Positions 11,290 through 23,800 of a stretch of DNA of 64,000 nt are shown here, in pieces. Source of the DNA: Malacoraja senta (taxonomy: Eukaryota); contig CM075985.1 of the NCBI GenBank assembly GCA_038087875.1, positions 17,360,001 to 17,424,000 on the forward strand. The letters are read 5' to 3'. How positions within the stretch are numbered: position 1 is the first letter of the stretch; the number at the start of each line of letters is the position of its first letter. A model generated the notes under the pieces. It did not search any database. It saw only the letters and a list, made by a program, of their open reading frames with translations, and had not been told where the DNA came from. A program made the position numbers and the translations under genes.

Positions 11290-13362
11290 CGCACATGATA
11301 GGGAAGGAGTGGGTTGGTATTAATGAGTTCTCTTCACAACAAATTATCCTCGTTCCTTCCCTCTCTCAGATCTTAATCAACACTATGCAGCTGCTTTCCA
11401 AAAAAGTTTTTGTCCTCTGATCTTTCCTGACACAAATCTTAAACCTTCGTCCCCTTATTCCATTGCTGGTCCTGAATATGTAGAATGCACAGAAAGAGGA
11501 GGGCCCATGTTTAGCCCCTTGAAAACTGGAGTAGAGAACATAATTTTGGTGCTTAGAGCGGCAAATCTGACAACTTATTTGGAGCATGGATTTCCGTGCA
11601 GGAAGATCATTATTTTGTGAACTTGGGCCTGGGATCCAGAGTTGATGGAGCGGTGCATCACATCACAATGCATCATGTCTGCGTTGTGGCAGGTGTTGCA
11701 TGTATATCATCTTCCACCTACCTTATCTGAGCTAGAGCTGGAACTCATTCCCAATTTAATGAAAAAACCCATGAGCTGACCTAGTTTATAAATCCATGAA
11801 ATTGAGCATGTTCCACAAATGTGACAGAAATTACAGAATCCAATTCAGGTCACTTTGATTGTTTTTTTTTCAAATTCAAACAAGTAGTTTTGAAGGTTCA
11901 CATTTTCCAGAATTCAGCACAAATGCACATTCACTTAGATTCATTTAAACTATCTACAATCAGATTTATTTGGATTTTTAATTCAGTTTCTCTTCTCAAG
12001 AAGGCACTTTTCTTATGTAATTTGTCAGAAATGAACTAATCTTGCTCTTTGATATGAAATTGTCTCATTGTAATTGTTTATTCTGACGAGATGGTCTTTG
12101 CCCATTTAACAGTCCTGCTCTGAAACTGATCAGCAATTGAGTAGAGTGTGCGTTAAGTCTGCATTATTTAAGTTATTCTATTTTTTCCCACACTCATAAA
12201 AAAACACTGGAGGTCTTCAATAGAAAAATTGCTTTTTTTTGTTTTTAATTTACTTTAATCTGGGTCAAGAGGTGCAGGAATTGTATATAAATTAATATAA
12301 AATCAGCTTATTTCCATTTTAATAAAAGTGGATATTTTAATATTTTTATTAAATGTTAATATTTTAGTTAAATACTGTAAGCAGAGAGATTTCATTCTCA
12401 GAGCAGAGCATAATTTCAACCGATACGTGATCTAATTTACATCAGCCCTTCTGTTCAAAGGTTTCAAATAAATGAGCAGAATAATCTTGTATTCTTTCTT
12501 TCCTTGCTTTCACTCAATTTAAACCTGCCGATTTTATCTTTGTCATCCATTGCAAAATCCATACCAAACAATCCTAAGATATTTAAGAATGATAGCAAGG
12601 ATAGACCAGGGAATTAAAGGCCAGTGAGGCTATCATCAATGGTGGGTAAGTTGCTGGAAGGCATTTTGAGCTATAGGATTTACCAGCATGACTTTGTGCT
12701 TGGGAAATCGTGTGTCACAATTTTGTTCATAGTTTTTCGAAGAGGTAAACATGAGGATTGATGGGGGCAGGTTAGTGGCCATTGTCTATATGGACTTTAG
12801 CAAGGCCTTTGACAGAGGCCTGCATCGTAGGCTAGTCTGCAAAGTTAGACCGTATGGGATCCAGGGAGAATTTGCTAATTGTAAACATAGTTGGCTTGAT
12901 TGTAGGAAGCAGAGGGTGATGGTGGCAAATTGTTTTTTGGACTAGATGCCTGTGATTTGTAGCATGGCAGAGGTACCGGTGCTGGGCCCATTGGCATTTG
13001 TCATTTATATAAACGATTTGGATGAGAATGTACAAGGCATTGTTAGTAAGTTTGCAGATGACACCAAAATAAATAGTATTGTGGACAGCGATGAAGGTTA
13101 TCACAAAGTATAAAGAGATCTTGATCAGCTGGGTATGTGGGTTGAGGAATGGCAAATGACATTCAATTCAGTTAACTGTGAGGTGTTGCATTTTTGGAAG
13201 TCAAACATGATAGGATTTTTACAATGAACAGCAGGGCCCCTGGGGAGTGTTGTAAAACAGAGGGACTAGGAGTACAAGTACATAGTTCCTTGAAAGTGGT
13301 GGCACAGGTAAGCAAGAGTTTGACACACTGCCCATCATCAGTCAGGACATTGAGTATAGGAG

Positions 13363-13468
13363 AAGAAGGAGGGTATCTGAAGAAGGGTTTCGGCCCGAAA
13401 CGTTGCCTATTTCCTTCGCTCCATAGATGCTGCTGCACCCGCTGAGTTTCTCCAGCATTTTTGTGTAC
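13363..13468 (+). mobile_element. Penelope-derived mini-element
   Basis: 15-bp TSD CATTGAGTATAGGAG at 13348-13362 / 13469-13483. Confidence 0.85.
13377..13404 (+). ncRNA. Minimal type-I hammerhead ribozyme motif (Penelope-associated)
   Basis: CTGAAGA-A-GGGT(TTCG)GCCC-GAAA-CGTT: CUGANGA box, UUCG-capped stem II, GAAA box, palindromic AACGTT at stem III. Confidence 0.62.
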
Positions 13469-14404
13469 CATTGAGTATAGGAGTTGGGATGTTATATTGC
13501 AGTTGTAAAAGATGTTGAGGAGACCACACTTGGAGTTGTGTACAATTCTGGTTATACTGTTATAGGAAATATATCATTAAGCTGCCAAGAGAGAAAGGGT
13601 CTGAGTTTTGGGGAGAGTGGGGCAGGCTAGGACTTTATTCCTTGGAGCGCAGGATTGAAGGAATCTGATCTTATGGAGGTGCATACAATCAGGTGGGGCA
13701 TAGAAAGTGTGAATGCACACTTTATTTTGAGGGAAGGGAACTCAAAGACTAAAGGGCATAGATTTAAGGTGAAAGGGGAAAGACATTGCCTATTTCCTTC
13801 GCTCCATAGAGGCTGCTGCAATCGCTGAGTTTCTCCAGCACTTTTGTCTACCTAAGATTTAAAAGACACTTTAGGGGCAAATTCTTTGTATAGTGGGTGG
13901 TGCATAGATGAAACAAGCTGCACGAGAAAGTGGATGGGGAAGATATAACAACAACATTCAAAAGTCATGTGTTCAGGTACACGGATAGGAAAGCTTTAGA
14001 GTGATATTGACCAAACATGGGCAAATAGAACTAACTTAGATGGGCATCATAGTCAGCGTGTACGAGTTGTGCCAAAGGACCTGTTTCGATGCTGCATTAC
14101 TCTTCAATATTTAAGTTTAACGATGTGTACTCTGTATATTATTTAATTACTTGCTCTCACCTCGCTTGGAGTCTCATGGGATCACTACCATTGTTTGAAA
14201 TTCGTTTTGATGAATGACTTTCAAAATACCAGTGAGTCAAATTGCTGTTTCTATAATAAATGCAAAATTCACAGTAATATTAATTAACATTTTTTTGACT
14301 CCCTAGCTCCTGCCTAATAATGTTGTAATCTTCCTTATCCCAATTTAGTACCTTCCCCCAAAGTACAGACTTATCCTTATTCATAACCATCTTAAAATTT
14401 ATGG

Positions 14405-14631
14405 TAGACACAAAAAGCTGGAGTAACTCAGCGAGTCAGACAGCATCTCTGGAAAAAAGAAATAAGTGACTTTTCAGGTAGAGACTCTTGAAACTCGAGT
14501 CTGAAGAAGGGTTTCAACCCGAAACACCACCTATTCCTTTTCTCCAGTGATGCTGTCTGACCCGCAGTGTTACTCCAGCTTTTTGTGTCTATCTTTGGTT
14601 TAAACCAGTATTGGCTGTTTCTTCCAACACA
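14405..14631. mobile_element. Palindromic Penelope-derived mini-element
   Basis: TSD TTAAAATTTATGG at 14392-14404 / 14632-14644; CTGAAGAAGGGTTTCAACCCGAAAC at 14501. Confidence 0.83.
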
Positions 14632-15369
14632 TTAAAATTTATGGAGTTGTTTTCACAGTTCCCAAATACTCTGCCACTGAAACATCACTCACCTGGCCAG
14701 ACTTGCTTCCCAGTTTCTAGTCCAGTATGGTCCTTCCTCGAGTTAAACTGTTGGACGCACATAACACATTTGCCCCGTCTCACCCTTTTACACTAAGTCC
14801 CCGTCAATATTGGGAAAGTTAAAATCGGCCACTACGACATTCATGTTGTTTTTGGATCTTTCCGTAATTTGTCTACACATCTGTTCTCCTATCCTCTCTA
14901 AAATTAAAGTGTTTATCATACTCAACGCCATCCTCATTATTCACCAGTGAAACCTCTTCATTTTACCATGCCAATGGTGTCATTCAACAACCAAGTCAGT
15001 GATAGAATATGATGCAAGAAGGGTGTGAAAAATAAGATAAAGTAACAATGGATCTTTAGTACCTTCAGTATCAGGAATGTGATTTCAAAACCAGATAATT
15101 AATTATATTAATGGAAAATTATTTTAAATAATTGTAAATATTTACTTGGACTTTTTCCCTACTTCCTCTAATTTCCTCAAGGTTGGATAAAGCCTCAACC
15201 ACCACAAAAATATGGTATGCGTTAATTTGAGTGTACATCATGATTTTCTATATCTACATTTTTTTTGCCGTGTGTGATTATACTGTACAAGGTCAATTAT
15301 CTTTAGGTCGAAATCGATTCAATGCACAACTTAAGAGGTGCCTGGATTTTCTACTGCAGTTCTTAAAGG

Positions 15370-15548
15370 AGAGGAGGGAAGAGACTGCAGACCTAAGACT
15401 TTTGCCTCCATCACAGTGAGATGTTGGGTGGACTCACTGTGGTGGATGTTAATATGTGTTTATTGTTGTTTTATGTATGACTGTTGCAATTTCGTTCAGA
15501 CTTCGGTCTGAATGACAATAAAGGGCTATCTATCTATCTATCTATCTA
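15370..15548 (+). mobile_element. LINE 3' end with (TATC)n tail, probably Rex1/Babar-like
   Basis: Hairpin TTCAGAC-TTCG-GTCTGAA, AATAAA, then (CTAT)n. Confidence 0.55.
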
Positions 15549-16209
15549 AATTTAGTTACAAAGCTATTGTAAATAGTCTCTACCGTGTAGGTGAACCATA
15601 GAATCTGGGGTGAGTTGATGCAGGATAATGTCAGAGGATGCTTTATGGTTAGTGCCTGTTTCCTGTGCTCTATAATGCTGCAAAGATCCACCTGGTTTAA
15701 TCCCACTCTATAGCTTCACAGGGGAAAAATAGAAATCCACATTCCCTAATTCTTGCCATTGCATTGTCAATGCCCCAGGTTCTTAATATCTCAATTATAG
15801 AAACCAGATTTTATGTAACGTCTTTAAAATGTTATATATCTATTAGCCCTCAGCTCATCCTTCCCCATTTTAAACAGCCTCAATCTAATCTTTTCTCATA
15901 ATTAAAATTCTACAGGCCTGGTGATATCCTCATAAATCTCTCCTGTACCAAAGTTCTATGCAACTGTGGACTAAGTGTGTTGTGCAGTTCGAATAAAAGT
16001 CCCTGCACTTGAAGTCTACACCACGAGTTCATTTGGGTTGTGCAATAATGGTACCACGGGATCTCCCAATGAATCAATTGCATTTGGGATGAGTACTGTG
16101 CACTGCATTCGAAGAGAGGACTTATTTTTTATCGTTAAACCTTCCAATGGCATAAGAGAGTCTACCTGCATGCCAATCTGGACAACAAATGCCATGCTTG
16201 CCGTTAGCC

Positions 16210-16925
16210 TGTAGATAGACACAAAAGGTGTCGGAAGGAATTGGGGTGCTGGTTTAAATCGTAGACACAAAAAGCTGGAGTAAAGGGCCTGTCCCACTTT
16301 CACGAGGTAATTCACAAATTCTCCCAAGTTTTCCCCTTGATTCAAACTCGCAGAATGTTCGTAACGAGTCCGTAGGAGGTTGTAGGAGTTCGTAGATATA
16401 TCGTAGCGGCTCGTTATGCTAGCCGTAGGTACTCGTGGCATCAGGTAAGTCGGGACGTTTATTCCAGCCCGATAAAAAATGTCCACGTTAAAAAATTGTC
16501 GGGATGAAAGAAATTGCAACTTTTTACTCGTAAGGAGGGCATTGAAATAGTCGTGGGAATTCAGACATACTCGTAGGAGTTCGTGAACATAGTCGTGGAA
16601 GGTCGTAGGAGTTTGTAGATTACCACGATCTTGATTTTTTTTTTTAGTTCCTTTAAACTCGGCAGAGGTTTTGAATTAAGTCGTGAAAGTGGGACAGGCC
16701 CTTAACTGAGCGGGTCAGGCAGCATCTCTAGAGAAAAGGAATTGCTGACGTTTTGGGTCGAGACCCTTCTTCAGACTGAGAGTCAGGGTAAAGGGAAACG
16801 AGTGATATAGACGGTGATATTGTGATGCAGACAGAAAAGGCTGGAGTAACTCAGCGGGACAGGCAGCATCTCTGGAGAGAAGGAATGGGTGACGTTTCGA
16901 CTCGAGACCCTTCTTCACACTGAGG
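16210..16925 (-). mobile_element. Cluster of Penelope-derived terminal fragments
   Basis: Repeated GCTGGAGTAACTCAGCGGG...GAGACCCTTCTTCAGACTGA motifs. Confidence 0.78.
16284..16702. mobile_element. PIF/Harbinger-type MITE
   Basis: TIR AGGGCCTGTCCCACTTTCACGA / TCGTGAAAGTGGGACAGGCCCT; TAA TSD at 16281-16283 / 16703-16705; removal restores the host GCTGGAGTAACT motif. Confidence 0.92.
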
Positions 16926-17169
16926 ATTCCTTCTTTGATTCCTCACGCCGTTAGGCTTGCAACTTGCTGCCTGCAACTTAGAAACACAGAACTAGGTGCA
17001 GGAGTAGGCCATTCGGTAATTTGAGCCAGCAGCGCCATTCAATATGATCATGGCTGATCATCCAAAATCAGTACCCCGTTCCTGCTTTATCCCCATGCCG
17101 TTTTGCAACTAACAGCGATGCAGCGTTGCAACTTGCCGCCTGCAACTTACAACTTGCCCTTTTGCAGCT

Positions 17170-18720
17170 ATCGCCTGCACACAGCGCCCTGCGCGCACGG
17201 CCCGGGACCGCCCTCCCCTCCCCTCCTCTCCCCCTCCCCCCACACCGCTGCGATTGGCTGCCGCGGGCAGGCGGGCGGGGTGAAGGGTTGCGGGCGGGCT
17301 CCTAGCGCATGCGCGGCGGTCCGGTCCGGGCGGGCGCTGGCGGAGAGCGCGCATGCGCGCGGGGGGAGGGGCAGGAGATCTGTTGCTGCGCTCGCACTTT
17401 GTCGGTTCGTCTTCAAACCTTTTTTTCTATTTGTGTCGGAAAGAAAGAGACAAACAAATAATATACCGCCCCCCCCCTCCCTCCCTCCCTTGTGTTTTGT
17501 CTAAGCGTTAGCGGAGAGTCGGGGCCTGTGGGTTGGTTGGGTTGGCGGCGGCTCTGGGCGCCCGGCCCCCTCCCCCTCGCTCCCTTTGCCTCTCTCGCTC
17601 ACCCTCTCCCTCCATCCGCTCCCCCCTCTCCCCATCCGCTCCCCCCTCTCCCCATCCGCTCACCCTCTCCCCATCCGCTCACCCTCTCCCTCCATCCGCT
17701 CACCCTCTCCCTCCATCCGCTCACCCTCTCCCCATCCGCTCACCCTCTCCCCATCCGCTCACCCTCTCCCCATCCGCTCACCCTCTCCCCATCCGCTCAC
17801 CCTCTCCCTCCATCCGCTCACCCTCTCCCTCCATCCGCTCACCCTCTCCCCATCCGCTCACCCTCTCCCTCCATCCGCTCACCCTCTCCCTCCATCCGCT
17901 CACCCTCTCCCCATCCGCTCACCCTCTCCCTCCATCCGCTCCCCCCTCTCCCTCCATCCGCTCACCCTCTCCCTCCATCCGCTCACCCTCTCCCTCCATC
18001 CGCTCACCCTCTCCCCATCCGCTCACCCTCTCCCCATCCGCTCACCCTCTCCCTCCATCCGCTCCCCCCTCTCCCCATCCGCTCACCCTCTCCCTCCATC
18101 CGCTCCCCCTCTCCCCATCCGCTCACCCTCTCCCCATCCGCTCACCCTCTCCCCATCCGCTCACCCTCTCCCTCCATCCGCTCACCCTGTCCCCATCCGC
18201 TCACCCTCTCCCCCCATCCGCTCACCCTCTCCCTCCATCCGCTCACCCTCCCTCCATCCGCTCACCCTCTCCCTCCATCCGCTCCCCCCTCTCCCCATCC
18301 GCTCACCCTCTCCCCATCCCTCCATCCGCTCACCCTCTCCCTCCATCCGCTCCCCCCTCTCCCCATCCCTCCATCCGCTCCCCCTCTCCCCATCCGCTCA
18401 CCCTCTCCCCATCCGCTCACCCTCTCCCCATCCGCTCACCCTCTCCCCATCCGCTCACCCTCACTCCTCCTCTCCTTCTCTCCCGTCGTCGGCCGGCCGC
18501 CCGCAGCAACACCCGGGCAAACACACCAGTAGGAAGGTAAAGCGAGCACGAAACGCACACAACAACATCCCCAAAACAGCGGGGAATGTGCGGCAGAGTG
18601 AGAGGAGCTGCTCCGCCTGAGTCACCTGGTGCCAACAGTCGGTGGGTGTTTCTCTCTCCCCCCCCCAGCACAGAGAGTGCAATCTCCACAGGCAGCAGCC
18701 GGATGGATAGGTCCTGCTGC
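17170..18720 (+). promoter_or_regulatory. CpG-island promoter, probable QRICH1 TSS and non-coding exon 1
   Basis: The clearest non-TE CpG-rich island in the window. GCGCATGCGC (NRF1 consensus) at 17305-17314 and 17349-17358, reverse CCAAT (ATTGG) at 17253-17257, several GGGCGG boxes, candidate donor GGAAG|gtaaag at 18536/18537. Confidence 0.75.
17596..18460. repeat. C-rich minisatellite, 19/21-bp unit CCATCCGCTCACCCTCTCC(CT), about 43 copies
   Basis: Directly visible tandem units; explains the three low-complexity Pro/Ser/His ORFs. Confidence 0.97.
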
Positions 18721-20835
18721 ATCTTTATCATAGAAAACCTGCCTTTGAAAACCTCCCTTTTCCCCTCCGAAAAGGTGCAAGGCTTTCGCGAATGACAGGT
18801 TTTCAATATGTTTTCCTTTGCACGAATCCTTTTGTTTTCTGTGCGCATAATAATATGACAATATGAATGATACCTTTCAGGAGGTTGTCAGCATAATTTT
18901 GTCAGTTTTGTAATTTTTAATCGTATAAATTATATGTTTTCAAAACATAGTTGACTGTGGCAAATATGTTGGGCTGTTTCCATGCTGTATTTCTAAAACT
19001 TAAACCTGTCACCATGGCTTTAAGATAGTGTAGCAATCTGTTGAAAAATAAGACATTAATTGCATGAGGTATTTGAGTGATTTACAGTAATTTCAGAAGA
19101 AATATTCAGCTATTTTGCAAAATCATTGTGACCACCTCCTGAAAAGTCATTCAAATTGAATTATTCTAATTATGGGACTAAATTGAATCGTCCTATTAGG
19201 CTAACATCCATTCGAGCAGCACAATTGATAACTTTGATTTTATGTCGTTGATTAGTATGTTGAAAAATAGATTATATTTCCCTTTTTCAATTTTAACTTT
19301 CAAAGTCATTTAACTTGTAAAGTTATCTTGTTGACAGCAGTTAAAGAATGTTTGCAGCTTGTATGGAAACTGGATTATTTCAGAGCTTGCCAAAAATGAC
19401 TGCTGCGATAAATGCAAACTTTTACTACAGAATACCTATTATAGTGTAAAACCCCGTGCTATGTTCTCTCTGTCATATTAGGAACCAGGCGAATAGGACT
19501 GTTCGCTTCAGTAATCTTGGGTATTCTATGAAGAATTTGACAATTATAATTCCTTTTTGTATTAATAGGTATCGTATTTCTTTATGTGCATATTAATTGG
19601 AAACTTTTTTTGGTGTAATGCAGAAGCAGGGTAACTTAGTAATTATAGCATCATTGTTTTAAAATTAATTGTATGTGTAATTCTTTGGAAAATGTGCAAA
19701 TTTGTGCTTTGGATCTTGACTCGTGAGTTTGCTTTGTTGAATATTTTATAAATATTTAATATAGAATGATTGCAACTGGTTGACCACTCTCCAAATAGAA
19801 TTTGAGCCCAAATCTGCTGGTTAATTTGGCCCTTTAAGCATTCATTGCATTGTGTACTGCATTAAAATATTTATCTGTATAATGGTTTTGGCAGTTGTTC
19901 ATCAAATGTGCTATTATCAAAAGCCATTCATTTATAATTGAAATGTATGAATTTTTCTGCTACAGATCAGAATCTCTTGTATAATCGTATATAAGATGAA
20001 AAGGAAGTCATGTTTGATAAGTTTATTAAAGATTGGAATCAGGTAGAATAGAGAAGAGGCACCACTAGATTTGATGTATTTGGACGAAGCCCTCCAGTGA
20101 GGTATTGGATAAAATATTAGTATGAATAGATCATTTTTTGGTTGAGAAACTGAGGTTAGTGGCTTACGAGAGGGCTTAGTGGTGGGACCTCAGTTATTCA
20201 TAAATAATCCACATTGTGGTCAAGGGCAATACGTCATGCATGCTGCTGATACACCTATGGATAATGTGAGGAAGATGCAGATGGTTTCAGGCTAGATGAA
20301 TGCATGACTGATGAAATTTAAAGTGGAAAAGTGCAAGGCCATCTGCTTTAGTAAACCAATATGTTTTAAAAAGATAAGAGAATGAAAGATTTGTTCAGAA
20401 GTAGGTGAATCCCTGGAGGTTAGTATGCAAGTAGAGCGAACATTTAGGAAGACATGGTGTATTGGACTTCATTACAAGAGGATTTGCTCATAGGAACAAA
20501 GCAGTCTTACTGACATTTTTACATGGGGTTAAGCTGATTGTGCACCGAGAATGTTGGGTATTGGTCTGGTCTCCCTATTTACATGCCATAGAGCGAGTGT
20601 GTAGTAAAAAAAAAAGCTTGCCAAATTGAAAAGCAAAAAGCTAGCATTTGTGAAGAGCAACAGTTAACATTTCAGGTTGCTGACTCTCGTTCTGATGAAG
20701 GGTCATTAACCTGAAACAGTGACTCTATTTCTCCACAGATACTGTCTGGACTGCTGTGAGCATACTGTATTTTCTGTTGTTTCCTTCATCAGTTTGCTTC
20801 TTTAGATGGAGTCTTCATTCATTATGTAAAACTAA

Positions 20836-23800
20836 GCAATAGACAATAGGTGCGGGAGTAGGCCATTCGGCCCTTCAAGCCAGCACTGCCATTCACTGTG
20901 ATCATGGCTGATCATCCACAATCAGTACCCCGTTCCTGCCTTCTCCCCATATCCCTTGACTCTGCTATCCTTAAGAGCTCTATCTAACTCTCTCTTGAAA
21001 GCATCCAGAGAATTGGCCTCCACTGCCTTGAGGCAGAGAATTCCACAGATTCACAACTGTGTGAAAAAGTTTTTCCTCATCTCCGTTCTAAATGGCTTAC
21101 CCCTTATTCTTAAATTCTGGTCCCTGGTTCTGTTCTCCCCCAACACCAGGAACATGTTTCCTGCCTCTAGCGTGTCCAAACACTTAATAATCTTGTACGT
21201 TTCAATAAGATTCCCTCTCATCCTAAATTCCAGAGTACACAAGCCCAGCCGCTCCATTCTATCAACATATGGCAGTCCCGCCATCCCGGGAATTAACCTT
21301 GTGAACCTACGCTGCAATCCCTCAATAGCAAGAATGTCCTTCCTCAAATTTGGTGACAAAAACTGCACACAATATTCCCGGTGTGGTCTCATTAAGGCTC
21401 TGTACAACTGCAGAAAGCAAAAGCCAACATGCCATTTGCTTTCGTCACCGCCTGCTGCACCTGCATACTTACATTCAGTGATTGATGAACAAGGACCCCC
21501 AGATCTCTTTGTATGTCCCCTTTTCCCAACTTGACACCATTCAGATAATAATCTGCCTTCCTGTTTTTGCCATCAAAGTGGATAACCTCACATTTATCCA
21601 CATTAAACTGCATCTGCCATGCATGTGCCCACTCATCCAACCTGTCCACGTCACCCTGCATCCTCATAGCATCCTCCTCACAGTTCACACTGCCACCCAG
21701 CTTTGTGTCATCTGCACATTTGCTAATGTTACTTTTAATCCCTTCATCTAAATTATTAATGTATATTGTAAATAGCTGCGGTCCCAGCACCGAGCCTTGC
21801 GGTACCCCACTAGTCACTGCCTGCCATTCTGACAGGGACCCGTTAATCCTTGCTCTTTGTTTCCTGTCTGCCAACCAATTTTCTATCCATGTCAGTACCC
21901 CACCCCCAATACCATGTGCTCTAATTTTGCCCACTAATCTCCGATGTGGGACCTTATCAAATGCTTTCTGAAAGTCGAGGTACACTACATTCACTGGCTC
22001 TCCCTTGTCCATTTTCCTAGTTACATCCTCAAAAAATTCCAGAAGATTAGTCAAGCACGATTTCCCCATCGTAAATCCATGGTGACTCGGACCGATCCTG
22101 CTACTGCTATCCAAATGTGCCGCTATTTCATCTTTTATAATTAACTCCAGCATCTTCCCCACCACCGATGTCAGGCTAACTGGTTTATAATTCTGTGTTT
22201 TCTTTCTCCCGGCTTCCTTAAAAAGTGGGATAACATTAGCTATCCTCCAATCCACAGGAACTGATCCTGAATCTATAGAACATTGGACAATGATCACCAA
22301 TGCGTCCACGATTTCTAGAGCCACTTCTTTATGTACCCTGGGATGCAGACCATCAGGTCCTGAGAATTTATCAGCCTTCAGTCCCATCTGTCTACCCAAC
22401 ACCATTTCCTGCCTAATGTGAATTTCTTTCAGTTCCTCCATCCCCCTAGATCCTCTGGCCACTTGTACATCAGGGAGATTGTTTGTATCTTCCCTAGTGA
22501 AGACGGATCCAAAGTACCTGTTCAACTCCTCTGCCATTTCCTTGTTCCCCATAATAAATTCACCTGTTTCAGACTTCAAGGGTCCAACTTTAACAATTTT
22601 TTTTCCTCTTCACATACCTAAAGAAGCTTTTACTATCATAGAAACATAGAAAATAGGTGCAGGAGTAGGCCATTCGGCCCTTCGAGCCTGCACCGCCATT
22701 CAATATGATCATGGCTGATCATCCAACTCAGTATCCTGTACCTGCCTTCTCTCCATACCCCCTGATCCCTTTAGCCACAAGGGCCACATCTAACTCCCTC
22801 TTAAATATAGCAATATCGTCCTTTATACTCTTGGCTAGCTTCGTACCTCATCTTTTCTCCCCGTATTGCCTTTTTAGTTATCCTCTGTCGCTCTTTAAAC
22901 ATTGCCCAATCCTCTTGCTTCCTGCTCATATTTGCTAAGTTGTACTTTTATTTTTATACTGTCCTTGACTTGCCTTGTCAGCCACGGTCGCCCCTTACTC
23001 CCCTTGGAATCTTTCTTCCTCTTTGGATTGAACTGATCCTGCACCTTCTGTATTATTCCCAGAAATACCTGCCATTGTTGTTCCACTGTCATCCATGCTA
23101 GGGTATCTTTCCAGCTCCTCCCTCATGGCTCCATAGTCCCCTTTGTTCAACTGTAATACTGTAATCCAATTTTCCCTTCTCCCTCTCAAATTGTGGAGTA
23201 AAACTTGTCATATTATGGTCACTACCTCTTAATGGCTCCTTTACCTTGAGTTCCCTTATCAAATCCGGTTCATTACACAACACTAAATCCAGAATTGCCT
23301 TCTCCTTGGTAGGATCCAGTACAAGCTACTCTAAGAATCCACCATGGAGGTACTCCACAAACTCCCTTTCTTGGGGTCCAGTACCAACCTGATTTTCCCA
23401 GTCTACCTGCATGTTGAAATCTCCCATTTGTACCCTATATCCAGGCTACTGTTTGGGGGCCTGTAGATTACTTCCAGTAGGGTCTTACAATTCCTCAGTT
23501 CTATCCATACTGACTCTACATCTCCGGATTCTATGTTACCCCTCGCAAGGGACTGTATTTCAATCCTCACCAACAGAGCTACCCTACCCCCTCTGCCCAC
23601 CTGCCTGTTTTTTCGATAGGACGTATATCCTTGAATATTCAGTTCCCAGCCTTGGTCCTTTTGCAGCCATGTCTCTGTAATTCCCACAACATCATACTTG
23701 CCAATTTCGAACTGAGCCTCAAGCACATCCACTTTATTTCTTATACTTCGCGCATTCATATACAACACTAACTTTGGTATTCATCTCCCTTCTCACACCG

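Larger units (their letters stand above)
12590..14100 (+). mobile_element. Old CR1 RT fragment with nested Penelope mini-elements
   Basis: [17 protein letters not shown] (AAGTTTGCAGATGACACCAAA) motifs. Confidence 0.82.

Noticed and set aside
11211-11300. ATGATGA box C suggesting a C/D snoRNA
   Set aside because: No matching terminal CTGA box or stem, and the motif is altered in the sister copy
17492-18620. Three 335-346 aa Pro/Ser/His-rich ORFs
   Set aside because: All three frames are open only because the C-rich minisatellite lacks stop codons; not a gene
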